Assembly (NCBI GenBank): GCA_964252035.1
Contig: OZ176211.1
Length of the DNA: 64,000 nt
Strand: one strand, 5' to 3'
Origin: Podarcis erhardii
Lineage: Eukaryota
This document shows positions 38,801 to 52,068 of the stretch, piece after piece (within the stretch, counting starts at the first letter, position 1; every line of letters begins with the position of its first letter). The notes beneath the pieces were generated by a model. That model did not search any database, was not told the origin of the DNA, and saw nothing but the letters and a program-made list of their open reading frames with translations. Both the position numbers and the translations under genes were made by a program.

Positions 38801-39904
38801 AACTGTGAAGAACAGCTGTTGAGGCAGGGCACCTGACACTGGTGGAATACCAGATTTCTTTGTGGCACTGTAGAAGCTGAAACCACCTTAATCAATGCAC
38901 AGGCTCCCTGATCTCAGGTTGGCCAGGACTTAAAACACATTCTTGCCAACCTGATTCCACTGCGGATAATAAAATATCGTTTTGATAATGTTGCACTGTC
39001 CTCAAAACATCTTTGCTTCCATGATGTGTCATTAAGAGCCTACGGCAGGACTGCTAGTTCCAGTCCCACCTGCCTCATCAATTCCTGCATACTTAAGCAT
39101 AATATTTTTTTGCTCTCAAGTTGGCTTTCAGACTAGTCCCCTTTTAAAAGCAGGAACACACGAGCCCCCTTGCGTATAGAATTGCGTCTGTGTGAAATGG
39201 GTTACACGCTGCCTGCAGCCATTTCCAAAACAGTGGCAGCTGCAATAGAGCTTAGTGGTGAATAAAATAAACTGGGAGCCAGGGAGCCCTTGGTGAAAAA
39301 TTCACGTTGGCTGTGAGTTCACTGGATGGCAAGCACACAATTTCTGACAGAAGAGGATTTATGCCGGTGTAGACTTCCAGGATGTACGTATGTGTGCATG
39401 TACAAGCTATTGTGCTGTATGCAAACAAAAGACTGAACCTCTCTGAGGGTTGGATCATACATGTATTTCCCAAGATCAACTGAAAGTCTGTCATATTAAA
39501 ACCTGCAGCAACACACAAATCCCCAGCCATTTTTCTCCCTGCAGAGAGAGATACTTGCCGACACACACAAATGCTTGCCAGAATTTTAGTAAAACCCATT
39601 TGCTGCTATTGATGTTTGATTGCATTTTAAAAATCAGTTTGTTAGTTTATTATTTTACTGCTTTGTTGTAAGCTGCATTTGGAACTGAACAACATTTCTT
39701 CACTTCAGACACTTGGTCTTTTCTAGTCCAAGACTGATGGGCAAGCACTTTCTAGGGTCTCAGGAAGAGACATTCCCCCATACCTGTTACCTGAGTCATT
39801 TTAACTGGAGATGCTGAGTGGGGCTGAAACTGGCTCGAAGTTGAAAGGCAAGGTAGAATAAATCTTGTTAGGAGCTTACGTTGGGGCCTGCCCTTACGTT
39901 TTAA

Positions 39905-40300
39905 CATAAAAACATAAGAAGTCTCCTGCCCGTCTAATCCAGCCACCCAGATACTTGTGGGAAACTCACAAGCAGGACTTGGGCACAACAGCACTCTCCT
40001 CGTCTGGGGTTTCTAGCAACTGATTTTCAGAAGCATATTGCCTTGGACTGTGGAGACAGAGCATAACTATGATGGCTAGTAACCATTGACAGATAGCCTT
40101 ATCCTCCATGAATTTGTCCAATCCTCTTTTAAAGCCATCTAAATTGGTGGCCATCACTGCCTCCTTTGGGACTGAGTTCCATAGTTAAACTATGCACTGC
40201 AAGAAGCAGCACTTTCTTTTATCTGCCCTGAAACTTCCAACATAAACTTTTCCACTTCATGCAATGCATAATTTCTAAAAAAAATCTGTCATGTCACTTC
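39905..40300 (-). mobile_element. CR1-clade LINE 3' fragment
   Basis: The minus strand reads VMATNLDGFKRGLDKFMEDKAI, then a 3'UTR ending ...cttcttatgttttatgt. Confidence 0.8.
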
Positions 40301-42349
40301 TTACTTGCTTTACACACTCTTTGGAAAGCCACTGACTGGCCTATAATGTTTCTGCTCCTGTTATGCTTAAAGGATTATTTAGGCAGATTTAGATAAGAGT
40401 CCATAAAAATTACTCAATCTGTTCTCTCAACGACTCCATCCGAGGTCCCCAAAGGCAGCCTCTCTTAACTTAGCAGAAATTCATGCTAGCTGAAATCATT
40501 AGGGTTTTTTTAAAAAATAAACGTTCCGAGGACAGCAAATCCATCATCGCTGCTTCACCTCCCCACCCCTTCATAAACTTTCTGCAGCATTTAAAAATAT
40601 GCTACTTAAAATAACAAAATATGCAACTATGGGGCAGTATCTCAGTATCTGCAAATCAAAAGGAATCCTTAAGCTGGTCCGATAACGGACTTCTAATTGT
40701 TAACAGAATGATTAACAGCTTTGCTCTGTTATATAATGGAGACTGTGCATATGGCCAGCATAGCAAAATCTTATAAAAGTATTCTACATACCATGACTTT
40801 TTGTTCCATGTAATATATAGTTTTTTAATTACAAGATACTATGAATTATATGTGTCTGGGAACTCAAAGATAGGAGTCTGGTTGCCAAGTTCCATTTCTA
40901 GACTCTCATTACTATAACTTCCATTGTTTAAAGCAAAATACAAAACTATATACATTGCTCATTATGCAACACTAAAGGACAATGCACTCTTTGCGTTAAA
41001 CAACACAGGGGGCTTCAACAATATGAAATACAACACATATATCTGAAGGGAAGTTGAATTGCTGCAAATATAGTTCCGGCTTTTCTGTCTCAAATCATGT
41101 GTCAGTTCAGCTATTGTATCTGAAGTGTGATGTGAATTGGTGGCAATGCAGACCTTTGTTACACTTGTGCAGTACTCTCTGCACAATACCCTGATTGAGT
41201 GGGAGCCATTTGCAGCTCAGATGTCTATGATCTGTGACCTAAAAACAGCTCTAATTAAGTCTGACACAGTAGCGTATTAGCTTGCTTGAAAGCCACTGCA
41301 ATCTATTCACATTATTAGCACCTCCCCCCCCCCCCAAAAAAAACATTCTACCTCTATAAGATGGCAAAGTTACAGCTTCAGTTCGTTTGTTTGGCTGTAG
41401 ATCTAACATAGATTGGGACCAAAATAACAGCTCCAGAGATTTGTAGTGCACTGTAAACAGTACATGGAAATGCAGAAGAATCCTCAATATATTTTGGAAT
41501 GCACAATCCATTGTTGATAAGACCACCAGCTGCCTCCAGCAAAATTTAGCTTTGCCTTTAAACATATAATTATGAGAGACTCTGAGTCACCGTCTTATGG
41601 GGGTTCAACAATATGAAATATAAATTCAAGCAATGTGAGATGCTAGTGTGTACTGGGATTTTTCTTTCCCCCTCCTCCATCCCAATAAGGACAAACAACA
41701 TGAAGAGTATTAAGAGGTGATTGTCAGAAGCACTTTAGACATCAGATTTAGTTAAAGTGACGACGACAAAGGACCATTCCACAAATTACACTTTAAACAA
41801 GTACACCCAAAAGAATGTGTGTTCCTATGAGCCTCGAACATGTGATCTACTTCAGGAGGCCAAGGTTCAAAACTTCACAGGTATGTGCAGAACTTCTACC
41901 TTTGTTGCATTAGCTTAATCCAGGAAAGCCTATCATAAGCCAGGGGTGTGTGTGTGTGTTCTTCTCAGTAAGTCTTTTATGCTGTTTTAGGGCACTCTGA
42001 ATATCCAGGTACCTGAAGGAAGGTTTCCATCAGTTTCAAATTCAGAAATCCTGCATCATGAATTTAAGCTTGCATGAAAACAGTGTCAAAGTAAATGTCT
42101 GGCTGGCAAAATAAATGTGCTTTTCTTAAGTAGACTGGATATGCACATGAAGCAGAATGAGGTGGAAGGAGAGGTGGCAGAACGGACTGTAACATTTCAG
42201 CAAGTAATCATGTTTCTGAGGCTTCCATATATGAAAACTAACTGGACGGAAACTAAAATAGTTGATATAGAAAAGTTGGGAGAAGTCTAACAGGATTATT
42301 ATTATTTTTAAAAAGCAGGGGGAGCATTCAAAAAGATTATTCCCACCTG

Positions 42350-42745
42350 TGATCTGTTGGTCTGCTCTATTACCTCAGAATTCTCACCGGATTTTATTTT
42401 TTGAAGGCAGTGAATGATATCTTCTGATCAGCCCAGACACTGAGGTCCAGCTGCAAGGGCCTTCTGGCAGTTCCCTCACTGTAAGAAGTTACAGGGAACC
42501 AGGCAGAGGGCCTTTTCAGTAGTCAGACCTGCCCTGTGGAAGGCCCTCTCATCGGATTTCAAACAAGCAACTATATGACTTTTTAGAAGACATCTGAAGG
42601 CAGCCCTATACCGGTAAGTTTTTAACATCTGAGGTTTTATTGTGTTTTTATTATTTTGCGGGGAATCACCCAGAATGGCTGGGGCAACCCAGTCAGATGG
42701 GTAGAATATAAATTAAATAAATAACAATAACAACAATAATAATTT
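42350..42745 (+). mobile_element. L2-clade LINE 3' fragment
   Basis: RAFSVV.PALW.ALSS...FRRHLKAALY-like remnant, then an L2 tail and A/AAC-rich end. Confidence 0.75.
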
Positions 42746-43274
42746 ATTATTAAATCATGATTGCATCCATTGAATTGCTCCCATTTCCCAGGACAAAGGT
42801 TCAGCTACACTTTTTCTTTTTGTCAAAACCATCTTTATTAAAGGAGAGTGTCGCGACAGAACATGTGTGTATGAAACCAGCTTTGATGAAAAGTGCTTTG
42901 TATGGAAACCATGATTACTGTAAATACACATGTTGGCAAAGTCAATACCACCTGGTCTCCAATTGCCGAAACTGCTGGTACAACAGAACATGTCTGGAGG
43001 ATGTAGTTTGGGCAGTCGGCTTGGACTTATACAATGCCATTTGCCTAATAATTTAAAATTAGAGAATGAGCACAGTAGATTCATAGATACTCAAATACAA
43101 TTCTCTAATAATTAGCCCCAGAGTATAGATTTTTCACTATGGATACTAACAAAAGAAATTATAAATTAACATCACAGCAGTATGTTATATACTACTTTCT
43201 AAATGGTAGTATCGAATATACCACTGGGTCATGCAGTCTCCAGTTACATGATTTTGTTTTGATTTACACAAAGA

Positions 43275-43633
43275 AAAAGATATAAAAAATAGGTTTATTA
43301 TTTATATTTCACTCTTGAGTTAGCTATGGCAGTCTGCCTGCCAAGAGCCAAGTTACAGCAAGTACACTAATCTATTCAGTAGTCTTCTCTAAATCAAAAC
43401 TTCGTTTGGTACATTCACATACAAAAAAAGAAGTTGCAAACTCTTTGTACAAAACAAGAGCAAATAACTGTTACCTATAGAAAGGGATTAGGTCAATCCC
43501 TTGATTTTATTAGAATGGCACAGAAGTGAGAAGTAAGTCGTACAACAGTATACTGATCTGGTTTTAAACTCTTCTAAAGCCCCAATAAATGCATTTTTGA
43601 ATGGTGAAGTGAGAGTTACCACAGGCAGACAAC
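43275..43633 (-). other. ICA1: ICA1 3'UTR with candidate polyadenylation signal
   Basis: Minus-strand AATAAA at 43299-43294 followed by a U/GU-rich tract. Other AATAAA at 43511-43506 and ~42839. The true end cannot be determined from sequence. Confidence 0.45.
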
Positions 43634-43795
<162 letters not shown>

Positions 43796-44052
43796 TTAAG
43801 ATTTTTGCTTGACAGTTGTTTTTTTAAAAAATATACTAATGCTGACATAAGCAAACATGGTATGGACTTAGAATGCACTACTGATGAAAATATGTAATAT
43901 ATGCCTGATAGAATCAATATTCATCTATTGCTTTTGACAGAAAATTTAAATATTCTGCAGTTATTATTATTTCATTTCTATATTTTTCTTACATTTTTTA
44001 GAAAAATCTCAAAGCGGTTTACAGTTCTATATTATTTATTTATATAAGTTGC

Positions 44053-44053
<1 letters not shown>

Positions 44054-44091
<38 letters not shown>
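44054..44091. repeat. (AC)19 microsatellite
   Basis: Direct reading. Reads (UG)n on the ICA1 pre-mRNA. Confidence 0.97.
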
Positions 44092-44094
<3 letters not shown>

Positions 44095-44856
44095 CCTTAA
44101 AGTTGACTACAATAGGAAAAAACCCAATATATTGTAGTAAAATATAATGGAAACTAAAGCAGCATAACTGGCAGGTAAAAACGAAGATAGCACATAACAG
44201 CAGTAAAAAAGAAATTAAGAGGATCTTAACTGCCATTAAAACATCATTAAGAACACAAACAAGAGATTGGGATGGGTTTTTCTTGAAAGATAACAATGAT
44301 GTTGCTCAGAAAACACATTTGAAGACGAAGTTTGATAAGTTAGGTGCCATCATAGAGAAGGCCTTTTTAGCAATTAGCTACTTCCCTGGCTCCTAAGCAC
44401 AGGGACATCGGGAGAAGAGGAGGGTAGCCCACAAACTCCCTCAATTGGTAGATTGGCTCATGGTTTCTCCATTCCCAACCACTTCATAGTATTTTAATGA
44501 AATCATCTTCACTTGGATGAGCCTTTTGGAGGTTGTGCAAAAATGGAAAGGGAGATCACCAAAGACCCAACACTGGGAGGGCCCTAAGGGTCCATTCTGC
44601 CTGCAGCCAGGAGTACTTGAGTTCCTAGAGCGTCTCTAGAAAGAGATTTTGTCAACACAGAGTGTGACCAAGTGATGACCCAGTGGAGTTTTCAGTGCTG
44701 AAACAGGACATCTCCACTCAGGTCTTGGCAACATTTTAACGTCAACCAACAAGCAAGCATTGATAGTCAAGTGCCGATTACTTAAATAACTTGCCAATTA
44801 GAGCATAATTAGAAGACAATTCCTGAAAGGAAGCCATTTTATGTAGTTGCAAGACT

Positions 44857-44882
44857 ACACACACACACACACACACACACAC
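44857..44882. repeat. (AC)13 microsatellite
   Basis: Direct reading. Lies ~80 nt downstream of the 96-nt exon donor on the ICA1 strand. Confidence 0.97.
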
Positions 44883-44960
44883 AACCAAACACCTGGAAAA
44901 CTCTAAGCTTTGTATTGCTGTGTTGGTGCACACACAATCAAAGAGTAACGTGTTTGTCAC

Positions 44961-45056
44961 CTTTCATAGGTGTCTTGTTGACGGTCGTGTTCACGCTGTT
45001 GGATTTCTGGGCGGTCTGTGGGACAGGCGTAGGGTTAATGCTGCTGGCTGCCCAAC
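44961..45056 (-). CDS. ICA1: Candidate additional in-frame ICA1 exon (96 nt, phase 1-1)
   Basis: aattttag|GTTGGG...ATGAAAG|gtgaca. Stop-free in the ICA1 frame: GWAASSINPTPVPQTAQKSNSVNTTVNKTPMK. CpG-retaining and codon-like, unlike the flanking intron. Confidence 0.72.
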
Positions 45057-48000
45057 CTAAAATTCAATAACAGTTGCATTTCTGTCAATCAGCTATAATT
45101 ACTTAACGAGCTCACACTGCTCACGACAGTAATAATTGAAGCTTGAAACTCTTCTGTTAAAAACAGTTTCTAAAAATCCTGTCCTGATCTGTTGCTTTAC
45201 AGCTCTGGCTTCATTGCTTTATGTAGGTCTTTACATTTTGTACTTTGTATTATGTTACTTTAATCCTGTTGTAAATTCTTCTTGTGTACTTTGGGATAGA
45301 AATTAAACAACTCTCATTTCCTTACCGGTTACTGCAACAGGGCTGTATTTGAGTCTTGTCTTTTTTTTTTGCATTCACTTTAACTGTCTTGAGTGCTCCA
45401 TCAAATCCATTCATCTACTGAAACTAACAGTACAGCTTGTTTTGACAACTGATATTTTTGAAGTTGTTAGCAGAGCTCATGAGCAGATCTATCTGCTGAT
45501 TGGGAGTGGGGACCTTCAGACTGCCATTTCAAATAGTGAACAGGAGTCAATCCAGCCTACTGTCTGGAAAAGGCTCCCACAACAAACAGGCTCCAGCCCT
45601 TCTGTAATAGATCTGCTAGTATTACTACTAGCAGTTCAGGTGCCTGACACGTACCCTATGGGTCTGTAAGTTTGGTCCAAAAGGGTGGTTAGGAAAAACT
45701 TTTGAATAATGTTACAAAGTAGTGTTCTCCATTGCTAATACAAGCAAAGTTTACAGGGGAAATTGGCCTTTGGGAGAAAAATATTGGTGCTTACTAGCTG
45801 GCTGCTCAAAGAGCAGCTCATGATATGACTAGACGCAAGATTATCAGTGATACATTAAGGAAACCAAACCTCCTACTCTTCTGCCAGCAACCGTACAAAT
45901 GTGGAAAAGGTGAAGCAAGCAGTCATTCTCTTGGCCTCAATTAAATTTAAAAATGGAAGCAACAGCTAGATTGTTCAGCCACAGAAAAAAGCTCCTGTAC
46001 ACATAAATTAAAAATGATTCCTATAATTATTATTATCAAAATGAAATACAGGTAGGAGTGGAGAAAGGGACTGCCTTTTTGTTAAAGCAGTCTTTGCAGT
46101 TAGAAAAGTAGCCAGAGGAGGCAGTGACATAATCAGTGGACTGACTGAAACACACTCAGATCATTTGTTCTTTTTGCCTTCTTTCACCTGCAAAGGGAGC
46201 CCTTCAACAATAACAATTTCTTGCAGTACAATAGTGCCTGGAGGACCAAGTGAAGACTGGGAATAAATGGGTGCAGTAACAATACAGTTTTAAAGGCAGA
46301 CAAAACAGACTGAAAGACAAAGGCTGTGTATACTGGATAAAAGACTAAGGGGACAGGAAAATATAATTACGACAGTTTCCGGTGGATGTAAAGTGTTCCA
46401 TATATTCTTAACCCACGTCTGAAGTGAAGCATGCCTGTATGATGCCTGCCTCTTTGCTGGTCAATGGGGATTAACAGGCATGCTTAGTTGATAAATTGCA
46501 GAAATGTTGTGCACAGGCTGAATTCAGAGGCAACACAAAACCACAGAGTACTTGGGTAAACCATGGTTTGTTTCAATGTCTGAACTTGAGCTTCCCCACA
46601 AACTGATCTGGTTCAGATGTAACACTGAACACTGGGATCTTCAACTGAGGTGTTAGCGTAATCGTAGTTTTTTATTACACCTGAAACCAGCTTTAAGATG
46701 ATTTAATCCCACTAAAGTAAATGAGATGGAAGAAGTCTAACAGCTCTTAGGACACCTCCATTATTATTTTTTAAAAAACAGATACCGGTAATCAATTTAA
46801 TTGATCAGCAATAACTAACGACGTGAACACAGTTAGGAACCTGACTTAGCAGAAGGTTTTTTCAGTCTGCGAGGATGCTTTTGTATAGCATTGTTTGTTC
46901 CAAGGTATTTTATTATTTGTAAATGCTTGGGATTTTACCTGGAACCTTATACAAGCAAAAACATCTGCTCTATTAACATATGATGCCATCAAAGATAATT
47001 AATAGCTAGATGGGAAACTGAGACACAAAGCTAGCAACCTGTACATAACTGCTTTGATCACACAACAGTGTTCTCTAGTTTACTTAACAGGCATTGTGGA
47101 ATAAGGCAGTAATTTGCAGTTGAAGACGACTTGTTTTCTGCCAGTCATACGCTAAACAGATCTCTGAAAAATAATCCTAGCAAAGAGACATTTTCAATTA
47201 ACAAGCAAAGCCTGTGTACTTTGGAAGAAAACCACTTACATTACTAGGAATGGAAATTCTGAAAAATAGTTGCCACGGTTGGCTCCTCAGCCATGCAAAA
47301 TGAGAGGTTACTTGCATTTATAATACACCTTCAATTATTTAACAGGGCATAGCTTTTACTGGTTAACTTAGAAGGAAAACAACCTCTCTCCATATTGTGC
47401 TGGATGCCATAGATAACCAATAGCATTGCAAACAGTTGTGTTCTTTCTGAAGGGAAGTGTGTTGGCAGTAAACCAAGGAGACACGAACCCCAGCCCTTGC
47501 TCCACCCTGATCTCCCTCATTGGCCTTGGGGAAGTCATGCTCTTTCAGCCTGGGGTCCCAGCCTGCACTATGGGTTTCTTAGAAAAGGAATGACATAATT
47601 GCATTTGGCAAAAAAGAAAGCGTTCTGCAAATGTCGTAAATAATACATTTCCCCCCCAGCCGTTCCTTTAAGTGATCTGTGACTGTGTTGCAGCCTCAAC
47701 TGCGTAACAACAAATGTACAAGACTGCATGTTCGAAAGAGTTGAGAAGAGAACAGGCCTGTAGTCCAAACTGGGTGTGGTGGGGTGGGATACAGCAGCCT
47801 TCAATTCAGGGCAAAAGCAAGATTCAAACTAGAGACCTCCTGGCTCACTATTCAGTCTTTTAGCACCAAACCGTATGCAATGCGGAAGATTTGTGAACGA
47901 TAGTTTTCATTTAAAAGTAGCTGATCTACACTGGGGCCACAGTGCTGGGGGAGAAAGGTCTAACCATTCCCCATCTGTGCCATTTCCCGATTTAAAGCAC

Positions 48001-49465
48001 ACTCATCCAAAAGCAGCTATTTGCCACAACAATATGCAGGTATCCCACATCTCTCCCACTCACTGGCTGCTTTTAAATTTAATTGCCCTCCCTACCCTTG
48101 GTGATAGTTTGTAATTAAAAAAGCAGCTACCAACAATCATAGGAGATCCTGTTTGCAGATCTGCCCCACTGTGTCTGGTTTGCCTCTTAGTGACTTAGTG
48201 ACTTTCCTATGCCATATCACCTTAAAAATCTGAGTACTTCAATTCCATTAAGCATCTGCACTACGCTAGACAAAGAGCCCAGATATGCCCCTGTCCACAG
48301 GCCTATTAAGCCAAAGTGCTTGGATTGAAGCCACTGAAGCCTCACTGATGACACACTCCTATTTTAGACATGCCAGTCTTGACAAGGTCCCTTTAACAAC
48401 AGCTTTTTTTATTGCTACTCCAGGCTCTACTATTTTCTTCTACCTGAGGAATGTCAGAGGAATAATTTTCCCATCAATAAATGACAAGCAAACCAGCCCA
48501 CGTTAACACCCTGGAGGAGTTAAGAACCCTTCACACACGTCATCCCTTCACTCTAAAAATAATGAGACAATTTTTTCCTTTCACCCTCTACGCCTCCCTC
48601 CCACAACCACCATCTGCCCAAGAAACAGCGGAGAGATTAACATAGAATATTGGCAGCAAGGAGGCTGGTCTGCTGTGCACGGAGCACTGAAGCAACAAGA
48701 GCTGCAAACTAACAAAGCACTTTCATTCTGAGCCTGTTGGGCAGATGCATCTATTTTACAGCACCAGAGTAGCCAACTGATACTTAAGGCAGGGTAAAAA
48801 TAGGAAGAGGAAAATGCATAAATGAGCTTAGTGTGAGTAACCCAAGGGAAGGAGCTATTTCCTGGAAGGCACACCTACAAACCTCATGGGAGAGTGTCAG
48901 CCTGACTGAGAGAAGAGACCTGATTCAGATGTAATGCTGGCTAAGACCTAGTTCAGCTTTATGTGAACAAGCCTACTTCCCTCCTGTCTGCATGGAGATT
49001 GTAAACATTCATTTCCATTTTAAACTAACTGCAATTTGTTGTTTTGTCTGAACTGGGAACTACAGTTAAGTTTCCCTATGCTTATCCAAAGAAGCCAGGA
49101 TCAGAAGCCATGGCTTGATCCTGGCTTGTTCTGACAAACCACTGTTTATCCTAACCACAGTTTGTCCCAATTTGGACAAAACAACCAACTGGTTAGGTTA
49201 AAATTCCATGCTTTGCATGCAAATTGCCCCTGGTTCAATCTCTGGCATCTGTTGATAGGGCTGGGAGAAACCCGTCTGAAACTACTGTCAGTCAGTACTA
49301 GAGACAATACTGAGTTCGATGGACCAGTTATTTGATCAAGTATAAGGGAGTATACAAAATTAATAATAATAAATTAATTAATTATCTCCTCATGGTTGTA
49401 AAGGGAGAGGGAGAGAGCACTTAAGCCCAAGGTTCATGCACATAACACTATCCTACGGTTTAGTG

Positions 49466-49636
49466 AAGAGCTTTTCAAACTGTGTGTCGCGACATGTTAG
49501 TGTGTTGGCTGCAGTATGCAGGTGTGTCATGCAATCGCTCCCCACGCTCCTCCCGGGGCTGGGGGGAAAATTACTGCTTCGCAAAATGATGCATGTTTAA
49601 AAAGTGTGTCACCAACATAAAATTTGGAAAGCTCTA
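49466..49636. mobile_element. hAT (Charlie-type) MITE
   Basis: TIR-like agagcttttcaaact / aatttggaaagctct. Perfect 8-bp TSD GTTTAGTG (49458-49465, 49637-49644). A relative lies at 62730. Confidence 0.85.
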
Positions 49637-49771
49637 GTTTAGTGGTCATGGCTATATCCTCCCAAGTAAGTATGTGTCTTAGTTCACATGCATTCATGCA
49701 TGGCATAGCGCTCGGCATCAGGTTGGTGGACTGAGCCCATCTGTTTGCTAATCAGCCTAAAATAAACCTAC

Positions 49772-50044
49772 CTTGAAGGGAGGACTGCAAGTCATTCATG
49801 TTTTGGTCTAAAAGCTGAGAAGGAAGGAAGCCTGACGCTGATGACTTATTGTTCTCCATTTCTCCTGCGGAAGAGCTTGTGGGCATGTCAGCAAGTGGGT
49901 CCTCTCCAAATACAGCTGTCCACTCTCTGCTGAATTCGCCGTCGTCCAAAGAAGACGCATTGAGAATCTCATTCAGTAATACCATATCATCCTTATCAGT
50001 AGCCTCAGTCTCCAAAGAATTTGCAAGCGGGTCCATTGATGCTG
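49772..50044 (-). CDS. ICA1: ICA1 exon (273 nt, phase 1-1)
   Basis: ctcccag|CAGCATC...CTTCAAG|gtaggt. Encodes ASMDPLANSLETEATDKDDMVLLNEILNASSLDDGEFSREWTAVFG...SGFLPSQLLDQNMNDLQSSLQ. Confidence 0.96.
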
Positions 50045-50227
50045 CTGGGAGAAGCAGGAGTACCAAAGCAGAAAGAAATCAGAAAAAACACAAGTAAGGG
50101 TTGAGGAAGATACTTAAGGAATGCCCATTCAGATCTACCAGTAGTGAAGGAACTATAGCTCCACGGTGCATGCAGAAGGTTCCAGGTTCAATCTCTAGAA
50201 GTCCCAGTTAAAAGGAACAGGATAGAC

Positions 50228-50363
50228 CAGTGTTTCCCAACCTTTGGTCTCCAGCTGTTTTTGGACTACAATTCCCATCATCCCTGACCACTGGTCTTGC
50301 TAGCTAGGGATGATGGGAGTTGTAGTCCAAAAACAGCTGGAGACCAAAGGTTGGGAAACACTG
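50228..50363. mobile_element. Young, fully palindromic hAT MITE (136 bp)
   Basis: 58-bp arms with one mismatch, starting CAGTGTTTCCCAACC. Perfect 8-bp TSD GGATAGAC (50220-50227, 50364-50371). Appears inserted into an older tRNA-like SINE remnant (~50150-50450). Confidence 0.95.
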
Positions 50364-51194
50364 GGATAGACCTTTGCTTGAAATTCTTAGGCTTCAGAGT
50401 AGACAATAAGGGATTAGCTAAGAGACCTGGTATAGGCCCTAGAGACTGAGGCATAGATAAAATAATTTTATGGGGAGCACCTAAACTAGATGATCTTCCA
50501 ACTGCACCTCTCATTCCTCACGTTCTGGAATTCAGTCTGGACATTTATGATTTCTCACCTCTCAGTTTAACCTGTCTAGATGCCATAGTTCATGCAATAA
50601 CTCATGTTTTGACAGTTATTTAAAATGCAGACACCTCCAGTGGCGTACACCCCCACTTTTCCAGATAAAAACCAGATATTTCAACAAAAGAACTACTTTG
50701 ACTAATGATCCAAAATGATGAAAAACCCCTTTCCTGCAGAAGTCCTTATCATTGTTGTAACAGAAATGTGATTTAATATGGACAAGAAATAGAAGGTTCA
50801 TGATGGATTACCTAGAAAAGGAAGAGCTTACTTTACAGTTACACTATTCCTACTGAGCAAAGCATTCCAACCAGGAATTTTGCTGAATGGGGTTGACCTT
50901 ATGCTGGCTCAGATGTCTACAAGATGAAAAATGAAGGAAATACATAATGGAGAAGCATAGAATGCCCCCTCTTCCGGATGACAAGTAAACAGGAAGGGAA
51001 TATGACTTGGCTGCTTTACCAGTGTGGACGGCAAAGAGATACAGTGATTCATTGTACTGTACATTGATTATGTGCCCATGCACTGGAGGGGCAAGAATGG
51101 ATGCTCAGGGATAACAAACAGTGTCCAATCAACCACCGTTGGGCAAAAGGAGTTAAATTTTAGCATGTAGAAAATTCTAGGTAATAATAATACT

Positions 51195-51460
51195 TCTTCA
51201 GAAATGGCAAAGTCAGCTATGGAATTTGCTACCGCAATTTGTGGTGATGACCACCAGCTTGGACAGCATTAATAGGGAATTAGAGAAAATTATGAAGGAT
51301 AAAGCTATCAGGGGCTGCTTGTCATGACAGCTACAGGTAGTAGACCTCTGAATTTCAGTCACTGTTGAAGGGGAAGGGAGCTCTTGTGTTCATTTCCTGG
51401 TTATGGGATTCCATAGGCATCCCGTTGACCCGTAGGAGAAAGCATGCTAGACTAGCTTAA
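51195..51460 (+). mobile_element. Decayed CR1-clade LINE 3' fragment
   Basis: gtggtgatgaccaccagcttggacagcattaatagggaattagagaaaattatgaaggataaagctatc; same family as the 39905 copy. Confidence 0.7.
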
Positions 51461-51868
51461 GTTTTGGTTTTATCCCACAGGGCTCTTCTTATGGTCTTAG
51501 GAAAACTCAATGAACCAGCAAATGAGTCATTAAAGCCTACTGCTAGCCTATCGTTTTACTTTCCACCTCCCTCTCAAGGAGACAATGGAAAGAATGGTGG
51601 AAGCTTCAGAGCTTCCCCAAGCCTCTTTGAAATACGGACCAGCTTTCAAAAGCGAGCCTCACCATATGGGAAGTTTTAAAATAGCACCTCCATGGGAAAT
51701 GGACATGTGATTCTACCCTGAGAATCTGTCCAGCCCCAATGTTTCTTCCCCTTCTCTAGAGAGCATGTTTGTGGGAAGAACTGTGTGGCAGAAATAACCC
51801 TGACCACCTTTACCAAGACATCTACTCTGTTCTGGACTGATGGTTTAGTTTTAACTTGTTTGATTGTA

Positions 51869-52068
51869 CAGTGGTACCTCGGGTTAAGTACTTAATTCGT
51901 TCTGGAGGTCTGTTCTTAACCTGAAACTGTTCTTAACCTGAGGCACCACTTTAGCTAATGGGGCCTCCTGCTGCCACTGCACGATTTCTGTTCTCATCCT
52001 GAAGCAAAGTTCTTAACCCAAGGTAATATTTCTGGGTTAGCGGAGTCTGTAACCTGGAGGTACCATTG
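51869..52068. mobile_element. Tc1/mariner (pogo/Tigger-like) MITE
   Basis: TA|CAGTGGTACCTC ... GAGGTACCATTG|TA, with internal TTCTTAACC repeats. Confidence 0.88.

Noticed and set aside
49849-50097. Antisense or alternative-frame ORFs over real exons (also 17221-17436, 21260-21555, 21332-21640, 30662-30847)
   Set aside because: Shadow ORFs of GLCCI1/ICA1 coding exons with no independent evidence.
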